Assembly (NCBI GenBank): GCA_951406725.2
Contig: OX597814.1
Coordinates: 58,714,001 to 58,778,000, forward strand
Length of the DNA stretch: 64,000 nucleotides
Direction: 5' to 3'
Origin: Octopus vulgaris
Lineage: Eukaryota
In this document: positions 55,157 to 64,000 of the stretch, piece after piece
Numbering within the stretch: the stretch's first letter is position 1
Layout: each line of letters opens with the position of its first letter
Translations under genes and position numbers: made by a program
The notes under the pieces: generated by a model
Seen by the model: the letters and a program-made list of their open reading frames with translations, nothing else
Databases searched by the model: none
What the model was told of the DNA's origin: nothing

Positions 55157-55719
55157 TGGAAAGTGAAATTAAATAGGAATTAAATGCTTGAAATTGATTG
55201 TTTCATTGTTTATAATGTTATCTCTAATGATACACTAATGTTATCCTTAATGAACGAAGCGATTTCTATTAGGATATCCATGGACTCTATTCATATCAGT
55301 GACTGCAGAAATAAGTGCCCACATCCCTGAACTAGTCGCTTTCACTACTCCATGGCAATTACAGATAACCAATACCCATACAATATGACATACTGTCATG
55401 AAGTAGATGGATAACTGATTTAAATAAATATCGGTATACTTATAACGTCGGAAATTATAGATGAGCCCTCCGCTACCACATTCAGATCATAATACAAGAT
55501 CATTGTTGTAGGAATCCAGCAGAACTAGGAGCCAATGACTGAAACAAGTAAATAACATATTTTTGATTATGGTTATGTGTACGTAAAAATTGAATATACT
55601 TACAATAAAGCGAATGGAAAGATTAAGCGAGAAACGAGATTAGTTGTGCATACACATCCTTGTTCACGCTGCCCTCCCAGCAATTGGGCATTTATCGACA
55701 TTTAACCTTTCGTTGTAGC

Positions 55720-55902
55720 AAAATTATTAGCACACCGGGCGAAATTCTTTATGGTATTTCGTCTGCCGCTACGTTCGGAGTTCAAATTCCGCAGAGATCG
55801 ATTTTGTTTTTCATCCTTTCAGAGTCGATAAATTAAGTACAGTGGAACACTGGGGTCGATGTAATCCACTACTCCATCCCCCGAAATTTTACGCTTTGTG
55901 CC
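55720..55902 (+). mobile_element. Nin-domain-like SINE (family of 34330)
   Basis: gtatttcgtctgccgctacgttcggagttcaaattccg...tttcatcctttcagagtcgat. Confidence 0.85.
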
Positions 55903-55980
<78 letters not shown>

Positions 55981-56038
55981 CGTCGTCGTCGTCGTCATCA
56001 TCGTCATCATCATCATCATCATCATCATCATCTTCATC

Positions 56039-56070
<32 letters not shown>

Positions 56071-56088
56071 TATTATCATTATTATTAT
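55903..56088. repeat. Compound microsatellite ATT-GTT-GTC-ATC-ATT
   Basis: Read directly. Confidence 0.97.
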
Positions 56089-56430
56089 TAAGTAGTCAAA
56101 ATTCGTTTGTTCAACCTGTTTTCATAGATCGCTGCTAGGAATTAAAGCGAACACTAACATACAAGACAAGTACTTCCATCGAGAATATTATCTGCTAGGA
56201 AAAGATGTTTCCTTTTTATATGCTGATATCTTTCTCCATATTGGGATTAAAAGGGAGTATAAATTGGATAAGCGTCTCTGGTAAGATAATGTGTGCTGTT
56301 TTAGATCTTCAGAGAAGACTTGTCTCTAATTCGATTCTGTATAACCGATGTAGGAAAAGGAGCTCTATGTGCACTATGTCTAGTAATTGTAAAAGTGTAT
56401 ATATTTATAATTCCATGAATATATAAAAAC

Positions 56431-56580
56431 GCAAGCATGACCTTGTGGTAAGAAGTCTGCTTCTCAATCATAGGATTCCGAGTCACTGGGTGACACCTTG
56501 GGAAGGTTTCTTCCACTACAGCCTCGGACCGGCCCAGGGGAGTAGATTTAGTTGACAGAAACTGAAAGAAGAACGGAGAA
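56431..56580 (+). mobile_element. Diverged SINE 5' half (family of 12157)
   Basis: tgtggtaagaagtctgcttc...gacaccttgggaagg...gaaactgaaagaag. Confidence 0.75.
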
Positions 56581-56685
<105 letters not shown>

Positions 56686-56790
56686 AATGTGAGGATAAAA
56701 TTCTTTTCGAAAAAATAAACATTTTCTCGAAAAAAATTTTATCAATGGCCAACATATTAAACGATACCTTTAACGGTTAAATTTATAAAC

Positions 56791-57121
56791 AATTCATAAA
56801 TGAGGGCAAGGAAAACAATTCTAATGCCAAATATGCCGAAAAAGTGGACATATTGTCCATTAACGATATAATTTTTTCACAATACGCACGCTACTCGAAA
56901 AAAGGCTGACAGAAATTTCTAAAAAATTCCATTATTACCATATCGGACCGATTTCAGAGTTAGCTACTAAGAGCCCTCTCTTCGTCAGTGATACATGTGG
57001 CAAAAGAAATAAATGAGATACTTACTCGCACGTGAAAAAATTATATGGTTAATGGACAATATGTCCAATTTTTCGGCATATTTGGCATTAGAATTTTTTT
57101 CCTTTGCCCTCATTTATGAAT

Positions 57122-57122
<1 letters not shown>
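56791..57122. mobile_element. TA-embedded inverted-repeat element (arms 56791-56880 / 57032-57122) enclosing a hammerhead
   Basis: The arms are near-perfect reverse complements, read directly. Confidence 0.85.
56941..56993 (-). ncRNA. Near-canonical minimal type I hammerhead
   Basis: TATCA-CTGACGA-AGAG..CTCT-GAAAT-CG-GTC-CGATA. The core is intact, with a U-G wobble in stem III and one mismatch in stem I. Confidence 0.65.
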
Positions 57123-57169
<47 letters not shown>

Positions 57170-57653
57170 CCCCAAATCAGGAGGTGTGGGTACTGAATAT
57201 ATTTAATTGAGCACTTATCATCTTTAGGATTACTGCAATTTTGCAGCCTCCTGTGTGTAGTCCTAATTTAGTTTATAATGAAATATGTTTACATGTCTGC
57301 ACTGATATCCATGCTACGCATTATTCAATGCGCTTATATATTTACAAATGAATGCAGATAAAGAAAACTAGCTCACCACATAACCTCCTCTCATACCGAC
57401 TGATTTTTTATGGTTTATATGTAGATGTGTGTGTAGGAGAGTGTGAGCGTAACTGTGTGTGAGTGTATGTGCTTGTCTATGGCTGTCTCACCACCACCTC
57501 TCCCAATAAATTACTGCAAAAGTGGAATATAGAATAATCAGGCGTTATAAGGAGACTAAGTATTGCCCTTTATTCGTTCGGCTAAAATTCCTCAAGATGG
57601 TGTCCCAGCACTAAGGTGAAGAAAATGATAATAATTATATATATAAATATATA

Positions 57654-57690
<37 letters not shown>

Positions 57691-57694
<4 letters not shown>

Positions 57695-58277
57695 ATCAAA
57701 ATAAAATAAAAAACATGATGCGAAGGATTCAGCGGTACATATGTTTCGGGCCTTTATTAGACAGATTTATAACAATGCATAATGTATGTCTGTGGCCTCC
57801 TTCAGCCGCGCACAACAGCTTCCACAAGGACATGTGTTACATCAAAAATTCTTGGTTGGGGATGCAAATCCTCTCATTCACGTACGACATAATGCGGCAG
57901 CAGCATAGAGTTGAAGCGTCCATCTCTTTCTTCTCTCAATGTAGAATGAATAGGATTCTACATTGAGAGAAGAAAGAGATGGACGCTTCAACTCTATGCT
58001 GCTGCCGCATTATGTCGTACGTGAATGAGAGGATTTGCATCCCAACCAAGAATTTTTGATGTAACACATGTCCTTGTGGAAGCTGTTGTGCGCGGCTGAA
58101 GGAGGCCACAGACATACATTATGCATTGTTATAAATCTGTCTAATAAAGGCCCGAAACATATGTACCGCTGAATCCTTCGCATCATATTTTTTATTTTAT
58201 TTTGATCAATTTACTCCACCACCTACACCACCGAACGGTATACACAGGTGCTTATAATTATCAAGTACTCACCCCGA

Positions 58278-58282
<5 letters not shown>
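57691..58282. mobile_element. TA-embedded near-perfect palindrome (arms 57691-57947 / 57955-58210, 7-nt loop) plus 72-bp unique tail; hammerhead-like motif in each arm (57732-57809 minus, 58092-58169 plus)
   Basis: By eye the arms differ by about one substitution and one single-base indel. Motif: GCGG-CTGAAGGA-GGCC...GGCCC-GAAAC-ATAT-GTA-CCGC. Confidence 0.92.
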
Positions 58283-58340
<58 letters not shown>

Positions 58341-58448
58341 TAGGGGGGTATTATTAAAATACCATCACAAGTGGTAAGCGAATTATTAGCCGTACAGGCA
58401 AATTAATAAAATATATACATACAATATTAGATATGTACATATATACAT

Positions 58449-58532
<84 letters not shown>

Positions 58533-58550
58533 ATATATGTATGTATGTAC

Positions 58551-58581
<31 letters not shown>

Positions 58582-59914
58582 AACACACACACAGATACGC
58601 CCACATGCGCACACGCACTAACACACACATATAGAGAGAAAGTTACGGGCAAAATGGAATGTTATAATGATGTACTATATAACGTTACGCAATATTTATT
58701 ACAAAATGCTCGGTGCATTATGTAAGTATATATCACTTACTATTAGTAATATATTTGATAAAAAATAAAAACGGTGAATTCCTTCATAGAATGCAAGAAA
58801 ACTTATGTTATTGTAAGTCGCCTTTGTAGAGCTGATTGGGTATTTCTTTTCAGAAAGCATTTAAATTGAGCCGATGGTAAATATATTTAATGAATTCAGT
58901 GCTAAATAAATCTTACGCGGTAACATTCATAGCAATAATTTCTATCTTTTGCTGTTAATATCGATTTAGGCTCTATTGTATATTTAAAAGTGTTTCTTAA
59001 TTTGGCGCCGAAACATATCATTTGGGAGGGTGTTTAGATATTTAAATCGATTCTATCTATAAAGACTGGGAATTAACAATGAAAAACATACGTAGATATT
59101 ATGAACAAAGAAGAATTAGGTGACTGCGTCTTTAAAGATTAAAAATTATTTCTAATATAAGCACAAAATCTGAAAAGTATACACGGCGGGGAGAAGTATA
59201 CAGAGGGATAATTCTAGCAAGGAATGAATTGTTATTTATTTCAACGAAGTTAAAAATAATCTCTGTGGGATTTAAACTGGAGCGTGATCAAATATAATAG
59301 CAATTTTGTTCAGTGCAGTAACAATCCTATTATCAAATTGCACTTGAATTCAGGTTCGAATATTCATTAGTTTTATTTTGTGTGGATTAAGAAGCCCATT
59401 CAAAATCCAGTTTTTTTTTTACAAGAAACAAAAGGATCGCAGAGACAGAAAATCACGCGTTAGTCGAATGCAAAACGTAAAATAAATTCGGCAAAATTCA
59501 TCTTTCTAATATTTTCCTGTAGACCACATAAAAGTTTTATACTCTTAGGAGATTACTGTATATTATACTTTAGTATTGTAGAAATTATCCTGGTTTGAAA
59601 TATTCATTTATTTATTTACGACCTAAACGGACGCATTATTTCTTTTAAAATTATATTAATTGAAGACCGATGAGAGTAATATAAAATTAAATTTATATTT
59701 ATTAAACGTTGTGGGAAACTTATTAAATAAATGGTAAAACTTTATATGTATCTCTACAGACGATGAAATGAAATAACCAAGTAATGTGTTTATTCTAAAA
59801 TAAAATATGTCAGTTAAAAAAAAAACTATTATCATTAATTTGATTATATATGCCAACCTACGAATGCTCCTACCTGTCTTTCAGGCATAGTTTACTCCGT
59901 ATCTATCTCAATTA

Positions 59915-59975
<61 letters not shown>

Positions 59976-59984
59976 CATAATCTT

Positions 59985-60330
59985 TTCTACTATAGGGACA
60001 AGGCCTGACGTTTTCGGGAAGGGGGGGCTCAGATTACATCGACCCCTATCGACTCCGAAATGATGAAAAGCAATGTCGCCCCCTGCGGCATTTGAAGACA
60101 GAACGTGAAGAAGAAATACCTATTTCTATTTCTTTACTACCCACAAGGGGGTAAGCACAGAGGGAACAAACAAACGGATTAAGTGCGTAACTGGTACTTA
60201 CTTAATCGACCCCGAAATGATTAAAGGCAAAGCCAACCTCGGCAGAATTTGAACTTAGAACGTAACGGCAGACGAAATACGGCTACGCATTTCGCCCGGC
60301 ATGCTAACATTTCAGCCAGCTCGCCGCCAT
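59985..60330 (-). mobile_element. Nin-domain-like SINE(s), nested or tandem
   Basis: Reverse complement of the 34330 family, including the tail ccccttgtgggtagtaaagaaata. Confidence 0.85.
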
Positions 60331-60493
60331 GTATATGTTTGTAGAATGTGTAAGTATATAGTCTTACATTGTCATTCACATCCACCTTAACAAGCAATAT
60401 CCCATTACAAACGCACATACGCGCACATATGTACACACACGTGCGCACACACGCACACTCACATACACACATCTATATATACACATATAAATA

Positions 60494-60705
60494 TACGAGG
60501 TGGTGCGGAAATGTTCCTGATATGTAAGGGTATCGCCAAAGGCCGCGCTGGAGCACGAGTTCTACAGTGCTTAGGAAAACTGAAGGGCAGCTGCAATAAG
60601 TGTGTGAATCTGAGGAGGGAATAAATTGGATAAAACCATAAATAAATGATTGTCCTATATTTTCATTTACCCAAAGTCAGGAACTTTATAGCACCACCTC
60701 ATGTA
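60494..60705 (+). mobile_element. Non-autonomous mariner (MITE-like), ~210 bp
   Basis: TIRs tacgaggtggtgcggaaatgttcctga / tcaggaactttatagcaccacctcatgta, and an internal remnant of the transposase end NKCVNLRRE. Confidence 0.75.
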
Positions 60706-60879
60706 TGTTCGTATCAGTGATTAAATATATTTGTGTGTGTGTGGTGTGTGTGCGTGTGTATGTATGTATATATATATACATACATACACATGTATGTATA
60801 TATATATATATATGTACGTATGTATATGAGATCCAGATGTTCTCCGTATAGAATACACTTAGTAGTACTCAATAAATTT

Positions 60880-61230
60880 AAACTTGATCAGATATATAAG
60901 AAATATAGGGATAAGCAATTAAGTCACATCACTATACGAAGTATATTAAGTACATCAAATACAAAAAAAATGTATATATGTAAACATATACTAAGGTCCA
61001 GCTTAACAGAGTACAAATGATATATATGATATAGAGAATTAAAGAGCTGAAGGAAATGCACTACAAATGGAGCAGCTGTTGCTAGGGTCGACGCTCTATC
61101 ATAATGTTTGTAGATTGATTCCATCATAGGATGAGACAAGCCTCCGTCTTCAGATAGGAGATCTTTATATGTATACATATACATTTTCCGTATTGTATGT
61201 ATTTAATATACTTTATATATTGATCTGTCT
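60880..61230. repeat. Diverged inverted-repeat element with hammerhead remnant on minus strand (~61093-61160)
   Basis: aagtatattaagtacat..aaaatgtatat / atatacatttt..atgtatttaatatactt; minus strand CTCCTAT-CTGAAGA...AAACATTATGATAGAG. Confidence 0.45.
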
Positions 61231-61242
61231 AGTTTGCTTACC

Positions 61243-61304
<62 letters not shown>

Positions 61305-63814
61305 GGGAAAATTTGAGCAAGAGAAATATTATAGCACTTGAAAAAGTTCAGGACAATATATTACATCTGGTAAAGTACAAAACAAGACAATTTTTACTTA
61401 AAATATTGCAGCTAAGGACAAAATTTCAAATAAAATATTTAGATTTAGAAAATATTAGCTTTTATTAAAACTAAATATTCCAATAGCAGTTATTACTTCT
61501 ATTTATTACTACTTCTATTAAAAATAAAACAAATGTAACTCAAAATACTTTGGGTACTTCAAAAAATTCATTTTCTTAATTATTAAGTAATAATTAGAAA
61601 TTTTAAAATATATTATAAAAATAATAGTAGTACATAATTAGTAATATATTACAATAAAATCTATCCATAATAATAAATTCACAGTAAAATTTGCTTCAGC
61701 TATTGCCTAAGCTATTACCAAGTTTTCAGATATTTAGTCTTGACCCAACGCCTATTTTTTTTACATAATGAATTTGCCTACCATATATACTATTCTGCTT
61801 AGCATGCATTCTCCCATGTAATCCCTCTTTTGTCCAGGCTTTGCTATTATGCTAATTAATAATGTGTCAAATGTGTGTCAATTAGCAGTATCGTTCCCTA
61901 CCTCAATGACACCGGTGACATATAGTAAAAGTCCCCTTCTAGAATTATATTCATAAAAATTAATAAACTACGTTACCACCCTCAAATTTGTGAAAAGAAA
62001 ACACTCATAACTTTTTTCTTTCAAAACTTTATTGCATGAGATTGATACCATAAAATTCTTCGAATTGATGTCTTATTTAAGCTTAATTAAAATATAGTTT
62101 GTTTTTAAAATAAAAAGTAAAAATTACACTTCAATCCAATTGTTTGCCTTATATTCTTTCATGGTATTTTACCTCACATTTGTTTGATAGACATTTTTGT
62201 TGCAGAGGGCCAAAACTATAAAATTCTTCCTGCTTTCTTCTATCATCGAGACTAAGATAACTATATTTTGCATTTAAAATGTTTAAAACTGGTATTTAGA
62301 TCTAAACTTGATTAGCGGCGTTACTTACTATCCTATAACGTTGCTATATACACACACGCACACACGCACGCACATACACACACATATATATATATGTACA
62401 TACACGCGCAGACACACATGCAGACACACACACAAACACACACACACACACTCATATATATTCGAACTTTAGTTATATGTTTGTGACATATTTCAACTTA
62501 AAATGGAAAAAAATCAATGCAGTTATTGTGGAAAAATTTTGTCGCCCTGGTCAATAAAAACTAGCTATATACGAAATAGCGTATCAAAAGGGGCACAGTG
62601 GACACATGGAAACCATTTGATGAAGAATCGAGATATTTATAAACAGCTTACTTGCTATTATCCTGCAGTGTGTTATGCATATCGGTTCAGATGTTTCAAG
62701 CTTAGTGCATCAATTTAGACGTGGAGAAAAGCAAACGGGTGAAACAAGACTTCATTCATAGATAAATTTTATCATTTACGTGTCATTGAAATAAATTTAC
62801 AGAAGTGACAGAAAGACTGAGTGTCGCATGGTCACACTTACATAACAACTAACTTATAACCGAGGGTAATTTTCTTAAGCAAAATGAACTACAATTTTAT
62901 TCTGCAATGTACGACTGAATATTGATGTAGAAGTCAAGATAATTAGAAATTATATCCATAACAATAGAAGGGAGGTTTAAGAGGATGTGCATCAAAAGAA
63001 TTTTCAATAAATCAGTAGCAAACATGTGCTGTTTGGATTGCATGGTTTCTCGGGTTTTCGTATGTGGTGGAGGTGATTTGTAATTATGTGTATGTATATC
63101 CATGTGATTATCAAAATCCTATTTGTCAAGTTGGTTGGAAAGAAGGCGTCTTCTTGAAGAAAGCCACGTGGTGTGATAGATGTTTCTCATGTGTGTGTGT
63201 GTGCGCGCGCATATAATTTTTGGGCGTGTGATTTTGTGTGCGTGCATGTGTGAATGAACGTAATGGCGTAGTTCTTCCACTGAGTGATTTCTCATTAGAG
63301 TTGAGAACAAGACATGTTCCATATTCCAAAACGGAGACAAATATAGCGATGTTCTAACCTTGGGAAGGTCTTATGACATTATTTTCCAGAATTCCCTATA
63401 CGACCTGAGAGGGCTCGTACCCATGCTTGCCCATGTGGTTACCACCTGTCGCCTTCTCTAGGCAGGTGGAATTTGAACTCAAAACCGGAAAATATACAAT
63501 AAATTATTTCTGCCGACGTGCCCACCCACTGAACAAAGTGAAATGGCCCGGGAAACTAACCCACAATCACGATCGTGAAGGCAGTCCTTAATCCCAAACT
63601 GCGTGAGTGGGAGAGAATGAAGGCTAGATAGCTGGTTTGTGTTTGTGAGTGTATATGTTATACGTATATTCATACATATATGTATGGATTGTATATATGC
63701 GTATGCATGTAATTGTGTCGTTATAGAATACTTATAACTTCCCAATGTACACACTATTCTTTGATCCGCATTTCATTTTGCTATTTTCGTACTAAAATAT
63801 AACCGTTTGTACTA

Positions 63815-64000
63815 AAGGCACCAGGCCCGAAATTTGTGGGGAAGGGACTAGTAGATTACATCGACCTCAGTGTTTAACTGGTACTTAATTTATCCACTCC
63901 GAAAGGATGAAAAGCAAAGTCAACCTCGGCGGAACTTGAACTCAGAACGTAACGGCAGATGAAATACCGCTAAGTATTTCGTCCGGTGTGCTAACGTTTC
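63815..64000 (-). mobile_element. Nin-domain-like SINE running off the window end
   Basis: Reverse complement of gtatttcatctgccgttacgttctgagttcaagttccgccgaggttgactttgcttttcatcctttcg. Confidence 0.85.

Overview
Eukaryotic, very AT-rich and microsatellite-laden genomic DNA. The SINE families and repeat landscape resemble a coleoid cephalopod, probably Octopus (inference). Almost all ORF-track entries are microsatellite artefacts. One host gene is supported: the 5' part of a minus-strand, intron-containing Cys-loop nicotinic acetylcholine receptor subunit. It has an ATG/signal-peptide exon (34918-34711) carrying three uORFs, a candidate 24-nt micro-exon (34155-34132), and the exon ending ...LAQIIDV (15110-14968). 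The next exon (DEKNQ-type) was not found in the window. The rest is intronic or upstream sequence filled with decayed transposons: several Penelope-like element (PLE) RT/GIY-YIG remnants, Tx1-, CR1- and RTE-type LINE remnants, mariner and DD37D transposons, and many tRNA-derived SINEs. The most striking unexplained structure is a set of mutually unrelated, (TA)n-embedded inverted-repeat elements. Many carry minimal type I hammerhead ribozyme motifs, including one with a fully canonical core (37591-37658) and a near-perfect 520-bp palindrome with a hammerhead-like motif in each arm (57691-58210). Two SINE families share 3' tails with two different LINE clades present in the same window.
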